Source of the DNA: a bacterium
GTDB taxonomy: Bacteria > UBA8248 > JACPRG01 > G963555815
NCBI GenBank assembly: GCA_965218795.1
Contig: OZ244653.1
Coordinates: 4,576,001 to 4,640,000, forward strand
Direction of reading: 5' to 3'
DNA: 64,000 bases
Shown: positions 39,540-49,871 of the stretch, piece by piece
Layout of the letters: the number at the start of each line of letters is the position of its first letter
Numbering within the stretch: the first letter of the stretch is position 1
The notes under the pieces: generated by a model
Seen by the model: only the letters and a program-made list of their open reading frames with translations
Databases searched by the model: none
Told to the model about the DNA's origin: nothing
Translations under genes and position numbers: made by a program

Positions 39540-41335
39540 GCCGGCGGGTGACTCTCACCGTGGATGTCCTCGTCGTGGGGGCGGGTTTGGCCGGACTACG
39601 CGCGGCGGCCGAGGCCCGGCGATTCGGGGCCAAGGTCCTGTTGGTGGACAAGGGCCTCACAGGCCTTAGCGGAAACAGCGCGTTTGCCGGGGGCGGCTTC
39701 AAAACCTGTCTGCCGGGTATGGATACCCTCATCGAGAAGCAGTATCTGACCCCCGAGGGGCATTTTCAGGACACGATCCAGTACGGCGACTACATGAGCG
39801 AGCAGCCTCTGGTGGAGGCGCTGACCATCGAGGCGCCGGCGAGGGTCCTCGAGCTTGAGGACGTCGGGGTCAAAAACTTCATGTCCCTCTGTACGCAAGG
39901 ATCATCCGAGCACGGGGGCTATGACGTGACCAAGGCCTTCGCCTCCAGCATCAAGACCCAGAAAGTGAAGACGCGGGTGAACACCATCCTCATCGAGCTG
40001 CTGATGGAGGAAGGAGAGGTCGTCGGGGGTCTCTTTTTCAGCTTTTTCAACGAGAAGTTTCTTGAGATTCGGGCGAAGAGCGTCATCTTGACGACGGGGG
40101 GCGCGGGTGCATCCTTTGCCCGCAATAATGTCTCATCAGCCATCATCGGCGACGGCTACGCCCTGGCCTACGAAGCCGGAGCGGAGCTCATCGGAATGGA
40201 GTTCGTGATGTTCGATCCCTACATCCTGGATGAGCCCGGCCTGCCCATGTGGTACGTCCTCCCCTGTTTTGCAAGGTTTTACGGCAAGCTGGTCAATGCA
40301 AACGGCGAGGCGTTTCTACCCGACTATCTCAGGGTAGTGGGCAGCATGGACGATCCGTTCCCGGTCCGGTACGGGGCACTGCCCCCCGACGTTCGGGAAA
40401 CCATCTCTCGGGCCATCGCGACCGAGATTCACGAAGGGCGGGATGAGGATGGGGCGGTCTTTCTGGATTGCCGGGATGTTCCCGAGAGGTACTGGGAGGA
40501 GGACATCCCGGGCAGACACAACCGCGACGCTATCCTCCGAAAGTTTCCGATCCGCGAGAAATTGATGCGGGTGATCCCCGGCGCCATCACGAATCTGGGC
40601 GGAATTCACATCAACGATCGCTGCGAAACCAGTGTCACCGGCCTTTACGCGGCGGGAGAAGCCGCGGGTCTCGTGCACGGGGCTAGGCGCCTGGGCGGAA
40701 ACGCCCTGACCGATTGTCTCGTGTTTGGCGCGAGGGCCGGCCGACAGGCGGCGGAGCGGGCCCGGAACGGGTCGATTCGGACGGTTCCCGAAGAGCGGAT
40801 GCGGGAGTCCATCCGTGCCGTCACCCGGCTTCTGGAACGGGATTCTACGCCCGAAGGCGATCCGGATGAACTGGTGCGAGACCTGAAACGAATCGCTTGG
40901 GAAGGGATCGGCGTCATCCGGTCCGAAGACGGCCTCACCCGGTGCCTGGAAGCCCTGGAGGAGGTCAAGCTGACCCGAATGCCGAAGTTGTTCGCGCCGA
41001 GCGCCCGAAAACTTCGTGCGGCACTCGAGGCCCGATTCATGCTGATTTCGCATGAGGTGACCGCCCGGTCCTCATTGGCGCGCGCCGAAAGCCGCGGGAC
41101 GCATTACCGGGAGGACTGCCCTGAGATCGACAACGAGCGGTTCCTGAAGAATTTTGTCATCCGGAAGGGAAAGGAATACATGGAAGAGGCCGAAGTCTCC
41201 ATTCCGGTCACGCGGGTTCCGCTTCCTGCACAGCGCCATCGATCCTTTTCGGATCCGGCCGCGCAGGCCAGCCATCCCACGACCACGCGGGGCGGAGATT
41301 TGATCTGGATGAGAGAGGGAGCGCCGGTGGGATGA
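39536..41335 (+). CDS. SdhA/NadB/AprA-superfamily flavoprotein, copy 1
   Basis: GAGLAG, TTGG, GDGY, LGGI, GLYAAGEA..VHGARRLGGNAL, ESRGTHYR. Confidence 0.88.
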   Translation: MSRRVTLTVDVLVVGAGLAGLRAAAEARRFGAKVLLVDKGLTGLSGNSAFAGGGFKTCLPGMDTLIEKQYLTPEGHFQDTIQYGDYMSEQPLVEALTIEAPARVLELEDVGVKNFMSLCTQGSSEHGGYDVTKAFASSIKTQKVKTRVNTILIELLMEEGEVVGGLFFSFFNEKFLEIRAKSVILTTGGAGASFARNNVSSAIIGDGYALAYEAGAELIGMEFVMFDPYILDEPGLPMWYVLPCFARFYGKLVNANGEAFLPDYLRVVGSMDDPFPVRYGALPPDVRETISRAIATEIHEGRDEDGAVFLDCRDVPERYWEEDIPGRHNRDAILRKFPIREKLMRVIPGAITNLGGIHINDRCETSVTGLYAAGEAAGLVHGARRLGGNALTDCLVFGARAGRQAAERARNGSIRTVPEERMRESIRAVTRLLERDSTPEGDPDELVRDLKRIAWEGIGVIRSEDGLTRCLEALEEVKLTRMPKLFAPSARKLRAALEARFMLISHEVTARSSLARAESRGTHYREDCPEIDNERFLKNFVIRKGKEYMEEAEVSIPVTRVPLPAQRHRSFSDPAAQASHPTTTRGGDLIWMREGAPVG

Positions 41336-41622
41336 GCACGACTGGCGCGACCGGAACCAAGCGAAGGCCGGACCGGTCCGGATGGAAGCCGCCGCCCTAC
41401 GTTTCGTCGCCGGCGCTCGAAATTGATATCGACAAAGACACCTGCACCGGGTGCGACCTGTGCGTCATCGCCTGCCCGACCGATTGCCTTGAGCTGGACA
41501 CGGAGGTCCAGGTGGCTTACGTGGTGAGGTTGGACGCCTGTATCATCTGTTACAGTTGTGAAGAGGTCTGCAAGCCGGACTGCCTTCACGTACATCTCGA
41601 TACGCGGGGGAGAGAACCGTGA
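41332..41622 (+). CDS. 2[4Fe-4S] ferredoxin (AprB/AsfB-like)
   Basis: CTGCDLCVIACP and CIICYSCEEVC. Confidence 0.9.
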   Translation: MSTTGATGTKRRPDRSGWKPPPYVSSPALEIDIDKDTCTGCDLCVIACPTDCLELDTEVQVAYVVRLDACIICYSCEEVCKPDCLHVHLDTRGREP

Positions 41623-42482
41623 TGGATCAGGACGATCCGGAAGCGAAACCGGTTCAAATTCGGACGACCCAGCCTTCGGCCTGGGTCCGGATGATCTATC
41701 CGGTGGTGGCCGTCATCCTCGCCATCGCGCTCTGGGCGTTGGCGGTCCACTGGTTCAAGGTGCCGGAGTATATTCTGCCGGCCCCGAAGGCGGTCTTCCA
41801 TGCACTGGTCGAAAAGTACATGATCCTTCTCCGGCACAGCGGCGCAACGGTGAATGCGACCCTTGGCGGATTGGTGCTGAGCGTCGTATTCGGCGTGCCG
41901 TTCGCGATGCTGCTGGTCTGGTCGAAGACGCTCGAGCGGGCGATTATGCCCCTGCTGGTTTTCTCGCAATGTTTCCCGAAGATCGCTATTGGTCCTCTGC
42001 TGATTGTGTGGTTCGGTTGGGGGATTTTACCGAAGGTCTTGATTAGCTTCATCATCGCTTTCTTTCCCATCGTCATCCAAACGGCCCTGGGGCTGAAATC
42101 GGTGGAAAACGACGAGCTGGACCTGATTCGGATCATGTCGCCGAGCGCCTTGCAGGTCTTTACGAAGATCCGGGTTCCCAATGCGCTCCCTCATTTCTTC
42201 GGCGGGCTCAAGGTGGCGGTCACGCTCTCGCTCATTGGGGCCATCGTCGGGGAGTTCATCGGCTCTGACCGCGGCCTCGGATACCTCCTGCAATACGCGA
42301 ACACGGAACTCGATACGGAACTTCTGTTCGCGACGCTCGTTCTCCTGATGGTGGTCGGCGGAATCCTCTTCCTGGCGGTTACGAGGCTGGAGAAGTGGCT
42401 GTTGCCCTGGCACGTAGCGGTCCGTGACGAAAAGCAAGGAGGAGTTCGAATTTCCGAGGAGGCTGTAGAGAGCACAGCCTGA
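41619..42482 (+). CDS. NitT/TauT-family ABC permease
   Basis: PKIAIGPLL, AFFPIV, PNALPHFFGGLK, GEFIGSDRGLG. Confidence 0.92.
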   Translation: MMDQDDPEAKPVQIRTTQPSAWVRMIYPVVAVILAIALWALAVHWFKVPEYILPAPKAVFHALVEKYMILLRHSGATVNATLGGLVLSVVFGVPFAMLLVWSKTLERAIMPLLVFSQCFPKIAIGPLLIVWFGWGILPKVLISFIIAFFPIVIQTALGLKSVENDELDLIRIMSPSALQVFTKIRVPNALPHFFGGLKVAVTLSLIGAIVGEFIGSDRGLGYLLQYANTELDTELLFATLVLLMVVGGILFLAVTRLEKWLLPWHVAVRDEKQGGVRISEEAVESTA

Positions 42483-42537
42483 TTGCAGAACCCCGGAGCA
42501 TTGGGTTCCGGGGGATCCAAAAAGGAGGGGCGGAGCA

Positions 42538-43542
42538 ATGAAAGCACGGATGTGTCGGAAGCGGTTTATAAAGGCCCAAATGGCGATTCTTGCGGTGTTA
42601 TTCGTCTTGGCCGTCGGGTTGCCCGCCCCGGGCGGCGCGGCCGATGAGGTATCCCTGAGGCTGGACTGGAAGATCTACGGGACCCACGCGCCTTTCTTCA
42701 TGGCGGCGAAAAAGGGGTTCTACCGTGCGGGGGGGATGAAGGTCAAGATCGGGGAAGGCACCGGTTCGAGCAGTGTGGTCAAGCTGATGGGGGCCAAGAA
42801 CGACACCTTTGCCTTTGCGGCCGGCGTGAGCACCCTCCAGGGGGTCACGAAGGGAATCCCCGTCAAGTCGGTCTTCGGGATCATGCAGAAAAGTCCGCTG
42901 GCCATCATGTCGCTGACCAAGTCGAACCTCAAGACACCGAAGGATTTGCTGGGAAAGTCAGTCAGCACGAGCGGGAAGGGATCGGGGACGGCCCTCTTTG
43001 CCGCGTTCCTGAAAACCAATCAGGTGAATCCCTGCAAGGTGACACTGGCCGCCCTGGGACGGTCCGGTAAGTCGAGGGCCCTGCTCGCCGGAAAGGTGGC
43101 CGGGATGATCGGCTACAGCGTCACCGAAGTTCCCAGCCTCGAAGGAAAGGGGGCGAGGGTGCGCGCAATGCATCTCGGTGACTGGGGAATGAACGTTGTA
43201 GCGAACGGAATCATCATTAACACCGAGACCGAGAAAACCAACCCCAAGCTCATCCGTCGGTTTCTGAAGGCGGTGAAGAAGGGGATCGTCTACGCCAAGG
43301 CCCATCCGAAAGAGTCGGCGGATTTTTTGAAAGAGCGATTCCCCCACAAGAGGCGGGCCGTCCTGGGCAAGGAGCTCAAGTGGACGTTCAGCCTCCTGGT
43401 CAGCAAGGCCACTGAGGGTAAGCCGTTGGGATGGCAAGCCGATTCCGACTGGGCCAGGACCCAAAGTGTTCTTAAGAAAAACAACCTGATCAAGAAGACC
43501 ATGCCTCTCAGGAATTACTTCACGAACGCCTACATTCCCTGA
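42538..43542 (+). CDS. NMT1/THI5-SsuA-like ABC substrate-binding protein
   Basis: LRLDW...HAPFFMAAKKGFY, EGTGS, FTNAY. Confidence 0.9.
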   Translation: MKARMCRKRFIKAQMAILAVLFVLAVGLPAPGGAADEVSLRLDWKIYGTHAPFFMAAKKGFYRAGGMKVKIGEGTGSSSVVKLMGAKNDTFAFAAGVSTLQGVTKGIPVKSVFGIMQKSPLAIMSLTKSNLKTPKDLLGKSVSTSGKGSGTALFAAFLKTNQVNPCKVTLAALGRSGKSRALLAGKVAGMIGYSVTEVPSLEGKGARVRAMHLGDWGMNVVANGIIINTETEKTNPKLIRRFLKAVKKGIVYAKAHPKESADFLKERFPHKRRAVLGKELKWTFSLLVSKATEGKPLGWQADSDWARTQSVLKKNNLIKKTMPLRNYFTNAYIP

Positions 43543-43562
43543 GCGGGCGACGTATCGGATCG

Positions 43563-43598
43563 CGCGGGGAGAGAAGGGCCGATCCTTCTCTCCCCGCA
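43563..43598. other. Stem-loop after the SBP gene (mRNA stabiliser or attenuator)
   Basis: GCGGGGAGAGAAGG...CCTTCTCTCCCCGC. Confidence 0.55.
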
Positions 43599-43610
43599 GA
43601 TGGAATCGGG

Positions 43611-44522
43611 ATGACGCCAATGCCCGGTGAGTCTTCCGGAAAAAATCAGGCGGATTCGGCCATCGAGTTCTCCGGCCTGCGCATGGATTACCTCGACGGT
43701 GGAGAAGCGCTTTGCGCCCTGAAGGACATCGACTTTCAAGCGTCGGAGGGTGAGTTTGTTTCCTTTGTGGGGCCGAGCGGCTGCGGGAAGACCACGCTGC
43801 TGAAGATCACGGCCGGGCTCCTGTCGCCCACGGCTGGTGATGTCCGCATCCAGGGACACAGCGTGCGCGGTCCCACGCAAGATGTCGGCTTCGTCTTTCA
43901 AAGCGCGGTCCTGCTGAGGTGGCGGACCATCCTGCGCAACATCCTGTTGCAGGTGGAGGTCCGGGGGTTGGAGAAGCAGGAATTCACCCGTCGCGCCCGG
44001 GAGCTTCTCGAATTGGTCGGACTGGAAGGATTCGAGGACAAATATCCTTATCAGTTGTCCGGGGGAATGCAGCAGCGAGCGGCTATCTGCAGAGCCCTCA
44101 TCCACGATCCTCCGCTTTTGCTCATGGATGAGCCGTTCGGCGCACTGGACGCCTTGACGCGGGAGCAGATGCACCTGGAGCTGCAGGACATCTGGATGCA
44201 AAGCGGGAAGACCGTCCTGTTCGTCACCCACAGTATTCCCGAATCCATCTTTCTATCCGACCGAGTGGTGGTGTTCTCGGCCCGCCCGGGGCGCATCCGG
44301 GAAGTGGTCGAGGTGGATCTGCCACGCCCGCGGGAGGTGGGTATCGAGGCGGATGTCCGGTTCGGCCGGCTGATCAACCATATCCGCGGGTTGCTCGAGA
44401 CGACTCGTCCGAGGCGCCGCCCCCAGCTGGGCAAGGCCGTTCTCTCCGAATCCCGTACTGATGCGGAGGCACCCGATTCGGACGAATCTCCCCTGCGAAT
44501 CGTTCGCGGAGGCGAGCCATGA
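43611..44522 (+). CDS. NitT/TauT-family ABC ATP-binding protein
   Basis: GPSGCGKT, LSGGMQQR, MDEPFGALDALTR. Confidence 0.93.
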   Translation: MTPMPGESSGKNQADSAIEFSGLRMDYLDGGEALCALKDIDFQASEGEFVSFVGPSGCGKTTLLKITAGLLSPTAGDVRIQGHSVRGPTQDVGFVFQSAVLLRWRTILRNILLQVEVRGLEKQEFTRRARELLELVGLEGFEDKYPYQLSGGMQQRAAICRALIHDPPLLLMDEPFGALDALTREQMHLELQDIWMQSGKTVLFVTHSIPESIFLSDRVVVFSARPGRIREVVEVDLPRPREVGIEADVRFGRLINHIRGLLETTRPRRRPQLGKAVLSESRTDAEAPDSDESPLRIVRGGEP

Positions 44523-45028
44523 GTCGGAAATCCGGGCCGGTTCGAATTTCCGCGGCGCTGCGCGACTCGGGCGTACGGTTCATCGTGGGACTGCCCGAGA
44601 CCTGGCTGGCCCCCCTCCTGCGCCACCTGAAAGACCATCCCGATTTCGTGGATGTCCCCGTGGCCAGTGAGGATGAGGGCGTTGGCGTCTGCGCCGGCCT
44701 GGAGCTGGGAGGACAGGGCGCGGCACTGTTGATGCAGAACACGGGACTGCTCGCCTCGGCCAACGCCCTGACAACCCTCCCGCTCAAGCACCGGATTCCT
44801 CTTTTGATGCTGATCAGTCATCGGGGCGCCCCCGGGATGCCGGATGACCGGGACTACCACCTATTGGAGGGAGAGGTGACGCGTCCCGTGCTGGACGCGC
44901 TTCGGATCCCCGCATTTGAGGTTCAGCGGCCGGAGGATGCTGAAAAAATCGGAGCGGCCCGGGAGCGGGCCGAGCTCGGGAAGCAGCCGGTGGCGGTGCT
45001 CCTGGCGCGGGAGGCCTTGGTTCCGTGA
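44519..45028 (+). CDS. Sulfopyruvate/phosphonopyruvate decarboxylase alpha subunit (ComD-like)
   Basis: EDEGVGVCAG, MQNTGL..SANAL, LISHRG. Confidence 0.8.
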   Translation: MSRKSGPVRISAALRDSGVRFIVGLPETWLAPLLRHLKDHPDFVDVPVASEDEGVGVCAGLELGGQGAALLMQNTGLLASANALTTLPLKHRIPLLMLISHRGAPGMPDDRDYHLLEGEVTRPVLDALRIPAFEVQRPEDAEKIGAARERAELGKQPVAVLLAREALVP

Positions 45029-45600
45029 GCTCCGGGATGAAGCGCATGGATTGCCTGGCCGCGCTTGCCGAGCACGTGAGCGACGAGCTCGTGGTGGTCG
45101 CCGTGGGCGGACTGATTGACGAATGGCACCACCTTCGTCCGAGCGATTTGAATTACTACTCGGGCGGGATGGGTCTGGCCTCTTCCATCGGTCTGGGGCT
45201 GAGTCTGGCGCTCCCTGAGCGGAGGGTCATTATTCTGGACGGCGACGGCGCGCTCTTGATGAATCTGGGCTCCCTGACGACGGCGGGTCACCAGCGTCCC
45301 CGGAACCTCCTGCACTTGGTGTTCAACAATGGTACGTATGAATCATCCGGAGGATTCGCGCTGCCGGGAGCGGACGGCCTCGGGTTTGATGCTTTCGCGC
45401 GCGCGGCGGGGATTGAGGATGCGCGTGAGGTGACGGACCTTCAGGAATGGCGCGAAATGCTGCCGGGCCTGCTGAGCGCGCCGGGTCATGTCGTGCTCGA
45501 CCTGAAGGTTGGGCCGGGTGACCCGGTTCCGTCCATGACGGAGGACAAACTGGAGCGCCGATTCCGGTTTCAGCGGGCGCTGATGGAGGCGGCGCGGTAA
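45025..45600 (+). CDS. Sulfopyruvate/phosphonopyruvate decarboxylase beta subunit (ComE-like)
   Basis: GMGLASSIGLG, DGDGALLMNLGSL, NNGTYESSGG (TPP motif). Confidence 0.82.
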   Translation: MSSGMKRMDCLAALAEHVSDELVVVAVGGLIDEWHHLRPSDLNYYSGGMGLASSIGLGLSLALPERRVIILDGDGALLMNLGSLTTAGHQRPRNLLHLVFNNGTYESSGGFALPGADGLGFDAFARAAGIEDAREVTDLQEWREMLPGLLSAPGHVVLDLKVGPGDPVPSMTEDKLERRFRFQRALMEAAR

Positions 45601-45645
45601 CCGATATCCCCATCCGCCGAATGGGCCAAGGGATTCATTGAGCCG

Positions 45646-47421
45646 ATGAAAAGGCCGTGGGTTCAGCGAGAGACGGATGTTCTGGTGATCGGGACCGGTC
45701 TGGCCGGCCTGCGGGCGGCCATCGAGGCGCGGCGGTTTGGCCAGCGGGTGCTCCTGATCGACAAAGCCCTGATCGGCATCAACAACAATACGGCCATGGC
45801 CGGCGGCGGCTTCAAGGCGGCGCTCCCGAACTTTCTCGACACGAGCGTCGAAAAACAGTACGACACTCCGGATGAACACTTCCACGACACCGTCGAATAC
45901 GGAGAGTTCCTCGGCGACCAGGCCTTGGTCGAAATTCTGGCGATCGAGGCTCCCGGCAGAATTTTGGAGCTTCAGGAATTCGATATCCCCCACTATGAGG
46001 CGCTCTGCACCTACGGTCTGCCCAAGCCGATTGAATTGGCCGACGGCTCCACGAGCGTCGATGCCAACCCCTCCCGCGGGGGGCAAGTCGTGACCAAAGG
46101 GCTCGCTGAGGAGTGTAAACGCCTTGGGGTCCGCATGATGCCGGGGTGCGTTCTTCTGGACCTCCTGGTTGGGAAGGAGGGCGTGACGGGGGCGCTGCTG
46201 TATCGGATCTATCAGGGGGACTTTATCGTTTGCCGCGCCGCGTCAACGATTCTCGCCACCGGGGGGGCGGGGGAGCTGTACCGGATCAATTACACCGCCA
46301 ATGTCACGACGGGCGACGGGTACGCGGCCGCCTACCGGGCGGGCGCCGAGATGGTCGACATGTCGTTCGCCATGTTCTCCCCCCACACGATGATGGAGCC
46401 CGGCCTTCCAATGTGGTATCTCCTCCCCTGCACGGCCAGGCTTCACGCGGTGTACCGAAACGGGAGGGGCGAGGCGTTTCTGGATAGTTTCCTCACACCG
46501 ACAGGGGAACCGACCATTCATTTCCAGAGACGCTATGGGGAGCTTTCAACCGATGTGAGGGAGATCATCTCGCGGGCCATCGCGATTGAGATCTTCGAAG
46601 GCCGGGGCGACGGGGATTCCATCTGGCTCGATTTCCGCGAGGTTCCCGAGGAGCTTTGGGACGCCGACCTTCCCGGGCAGTACGATCTGCGGTGTCTGCT
46701 GAGGGGGTTCGACTGGAAAAACAAGCCCATCCGAATCTCCCCGGGTGCGATTACGCATCTGGGGGGAATCGGAATCAACGAATGGAGTGAGACCAATCTC
46801 CGCGGGCTGTACGCCGCCGGGGAAGCGGCGGCTCCAGTTCACGGCGCGCGGCGCAGGGGTGGGAACGCTTTTTCGGAGTGCCTTGTGTTCGGAACCCGTG
46901 CGGGAAGGGCGGCCGCAGAGCGCGCGCGCGACAACCCACGTCTCATCTCCAGTCCGGACTGGGGCCGCGGGGCGGTGGAGCAGAGGATTGCGGAGGTCGG
47001 GAGGTGGGACCGGACGCCCGATCACGAAGGCGACCCTGCCCGGATCCGCGCGGACCTGCAGCATACGATGTGGGAAAATGCGGGCCCGCTCCGCTCTGGA
47101 GAGCGGTTGGACAAGTGCCTGGCCGATTTGGAAGAACTGCGCCGGGATGGTCTTCCCCGTCTATCGGCTCGGACTCCCTTTGAAGTCAAAGCGGCGGTCG
47201 AGGCGGTGAATCTGGTCGAGGTGGGGGAGATCGTGACCCGCTCCGCCCGGTTTCGGACGGAAAGCCGGGGATGTCATTTCCGCACGGATTATCCGAAGAC
47301 GGATCAGGAGCGTTGGATCTGCCACGACGTGATCGTTCGGGGACGGGAGCCCTTCAAGAAAGAAGTTGACGTGACACGGATTCCTCTTCCCGTCGCAGCC
47401 GGGAGCACTGTGGGTGACTAG
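45646..47421 (+). CDS. SdhA/NadB/AprA-superfamily flavoprotein, copy 2
   Basis: GTGLAG, ATGG, TGDGY, HLGGI, HGARRRGGNAF, ESRGCHFR; paralogue of 39536-41335. Confidence 0.88.
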   Translation: MKRPWVQRETDVLVIGTGLAGLRAAIEARRFGQRVLLIDKALIGINNNTAMAGGGFKAALPNFLDTSVEKQYDTPDEHFHDTVEYGEFLGDQALVEILAIEAPGRILELQEFDIPHYEALCTYGLPKPIELADGSTSVDANPSRGGQVVTKGLAEECKRLGVRMMPGCVLLDLLVGKEGVTGALLYRIYQGDFIVCRAASTILATGGAGELYRINYTANVTTGDGYAAAYRAGAEMVDMSFAMFSPHTMMEPGLPMWYLLPCTARLHAVYRNGRGEAFLDSFLTPTGEPTIHFQRRYGELSTDVREIISRAIAIEIFEGRGDGDSIWLDFREVPEELWDADLPGQYDLRCLLRGFDWKNKPIRISPGAITHLGGIGINEWSETNLRGLYAAGEAAAPVHGARRRGGNAFSECLVFGTRAGRAAAERARDNPRLISSPDWGRGAVEQRIAEVGRWDRTPDHEGDPARIRADLQHTMWENAGPLRSGERLDKCLADLEELRRDGLPRLSARTPFEVKAAVEAVNLVEVGEIVTRSARFRTESRGCHFRTDYPKTDQERWICHDVIVRGREPFKKEVDVTRIPLPVAAGSTVGD

Positions 47422-47644
47422 GTCGGTTCACATCAGCGTTCTCGAGACCTGCGTGGATTGCGCCCTGTGTGTCCTGGCCTGTCCCGTCGATTGTCTCGGT
47501 TTTGATCAGAGGGAAAAGCGGCTTTTGGTATTAGCGGAAGACCCCTGCATCGTCTGCCTGAATTGCGAGGACGTTTGCCCGGTGGACGCCATCCGGATCG
47601 GTCTGGATGCCTATTTGCCGGAGTCGCGCCCCGTCGAAGTTTGA
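47414..47644 (+). CDS. 2[4Fe-4S] ferredoxin, copy 2
   Basis: CVDCALCVLACP and CIVCLNCEDVCP. Confidence 0.88.
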   Translation: MTRSVHISVLETCVDCALCVLACPVDCLGFDQREKRLLVLAEDPCIVCLNCEDVCPVDAIRIGLDAYLPESRPVEV

Positions 47645-47741
47645 GCGGGGCTCTCGCTCCCGGCAATCTCTCCCTTCATTTCTTCCAAGTTTGAACTCTT
47701 CCCGGCGGTCGGATTGACGCCGCTTCCAGGGAATCCTGCGC

Positions 47742-48737
47742 TCAAAGCTTCAGAAGCCTCGCGGCGTTGCCCCCCAGGATATTGTCCCGCGCCGGTCCCT
47801 CCGGGACGACCCGCTTGACTTGCTCTGCACAGCCGAAATCCGCCATGTCGAAGGGGTAGTCGCTCCCCAGGTAGACATGATCCTCACCGACGGTCTCGAT
47901 CAAGAACTTCAGGGCAGGGTCCCAATGGGTGATGTTGTCGAACCAGACCTGTTCCAGGTAGGCGCTCGGTTCCTTCGGCGCGAGCTTTCGCGCTTCCGGA
48001 CGCTCTCGGTAGCCGTGGTCCAACCGCCCGCGGATGAAGGGGTACTGGCCGCCCGCGTGGACCAGGCAGACCTTGAGCTTGGGGTGCCGCTCGAACACGC
48101 CCCCCAGCAGCATTCGCCCGATGGCGATGGTGGTATCGAGCGGGTTCCCAATCAGATTCGTCAGATAGTAATCCTGGTAACGCTCATGTCCGGCGACGTC
48201 GTGCGGATGGAGGAACAGCGGGACATCCAGCTCTTCCAGCTTATCGTAGAAGGGCTCATAAGCGGGGTGATCCAGATCCCTGCCGCCGTAATTGGTTTGA
48301 ATCATCGTTCCTTTGTGACCCAAGGTCTGTACCGCGTATTCCAGCTCGGCAATTCCCATGTTGACATCCTGCAGGGGAATCGTCGCAAATGCCCGGAACC
48401 GGTCCGGGTGCCGGGACTCCATCTCCGACATGGCCTCGTTTTGGATGCGCGAGAGGCGGGCGGCGTCTTCGCCAACGGCAAACGCGTGGTAGGACAGGGG
48501 CGAGGCCGCGAGGACGGACAGGTCGATGCCCATCCGATCCATATCGGTGAGCTTGATCTTGACATCCATCAGGCCCGGTTTGAATTCGGCCGATTTCTCG
48601 CGGTTGACCGCTCTCGATTCCTCCCCCTGAAAATCGACTCCGGCGCCCGTCGGATAGCGGGACTTGATCTCGGCCGCCAATGATTCCGCTTCCGCTACGA
48701 GAATATGAGAGTGCGCATCTATCACCGGTTGGCTCAT
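47742..48737 (-). CDS. Amidohydro_2 family protein (ACMSD-like decarboxylase)
   Basis: IDAHSH, FLHP, GNPLDTT, HAGG, GSDYPFDM. Confidence 0.88.
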   Translation of the reverse strand: MSQPVIDAHSHILVAEAESLAAEIKSRYPTGAGVDFQGEESRAVNREKSAEFKPGLMDVKIKLTDMDRMGIDLSVLAASPLSYHAFAVGEDAARLSRIQNEAMSEMESRHPDRFRAFATIPLQDVNMGIAELEYAVQTLGHKGTMIQTNYGGRDLDHPAYEPFYDKLEELDVPLFLHPHDVAGHERYQDYYLTNLIGNPLDTTIAIGRMLLGGVFERHPKLKVCLVHAGGQYPFIRGRLDHGYRERPEARKLAPKEPSAYLEQVWFDNITHWDPALKFLIETVGEDHVYLGSDYPFDMADFGCAEQVKRVVPEGPARDNILGGNAARLLKL

Positions 48738-49172
48738 CTGGGTTCCTCTCTGACCTTGGCCTGTAGAACCGTTTCTCGGCAATCGCCCGAGGGCGGTTAC
48801 GCCGGGGATCGGTTGACGGAAAGATTCGTTGAAGGCCCCTTATGGTCATCGGGTTGAAGAACATGATCCAGTGTCGTCCGGAACCACTCGTCTCTTGTCT
48901 TTGCGTTCCGCAGCTTTCGCGTTGAGGGACACTCTGCCGGGAGCGTCGTGATGGGGCCTGCGGGCTGCCAAAGGAATCGAACGGAAATTATATACAATAG
49001 TGCCCAAGGACGCTAAGCCTTCTTGGGCTTCGGGGTTTCCTGCCGCGGTGCGCGCCGCCCCTGACAGCAGCTTGCGCCAGAGCGGTCGGCGCGGTCGGTA
49101 TCCTCAGGTCTTCAGTCTCCTCCGTTTCCTCGGTGAGGTGCCGACAAGACGGCCATGCTGGAGAGAAGAGGC

Positions 49173-49544
49173 CTATGTGGATGGCTGGGTGAGCTCAATC
49201 ACGTTGCCGCAAGGGTCTTCACAGATAACCTGTTTGCCTCCGACGCCGTCCAGAATATCGTTCCTGAATTTGACGCCATTCCCCTTGAGTTTTGCGACGA
49301 CAGATTCCAAATCTTCGAAATCCAATACAATTCTGTTCCAGCCTCCCCCCGGACTGGGAACCGTGCCATCAAGCATTGGTTGGGAGGCGGACGCTCGTGG
49401 TCCTGACACCAAGAGGGTCAAGTCGCCAAGTGCCAATATGGATATCGCCGGAGCGGCGTCGAGTTCGATCTCAAATCCGAAGTTTGACACATAAAACTGA
49501 GCGACCGCTGCAACATCGTCCACGATATATCGTACTCTGGCCAT
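49173..49544 (-). CDS. VOC/glyoxalase family protein
   Basis: VRYIVDDV..FY, PGGGWNRI, EDPCGNVIEL. Confidence 0.88.
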   Translation of the reverse strand: MARVRYIVDDVAAVAQFYVSNFGFEIELDAAPAISILALGDLTLLVSGPRASASQPMLDGTVPSPGGGWNRIVLDFEDLESVVAKLKGNGVKFRNDILDGVGGKQVICEDPCGNVIELTQPST

Positions 49545-49871
49545 CGCGTTAGCTCCTCAGTGATCGATGTATTTCCACTTAACCATTCAGTCGGCGGCTA
49601 GGATGGCGGCAAGCCCAAATATTGTGGGTTGATTTCCCATGCCCCTCCTCGAGAGCGAATTTGTTTCAACAATACTAGACGAAGTTGGCTAGGTGACAAT
49701 GAATTCAGGCGGGATCGCTTGTGTTGCATCGACCGGTTGAGACGGCACTCGTTTTCAGGGCAGAACGCCAACCAGCACCAAAGGCACAGCCGGAACACCG
49801 CGCCCTTGACGCAACACGTTCAGCAAATCCCGCTCGTAGTAGGGAACGCCACTGGACATTTCCTTCCACAA

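Noticed and set aside
39536-47421. Calling the flavoproteins sdhA/frdA/nadB/aprA
   Set aside because: Key dicarboxylate-site His residues and SdhBCD partners are absent, and AprA identity cannot be shown by eye
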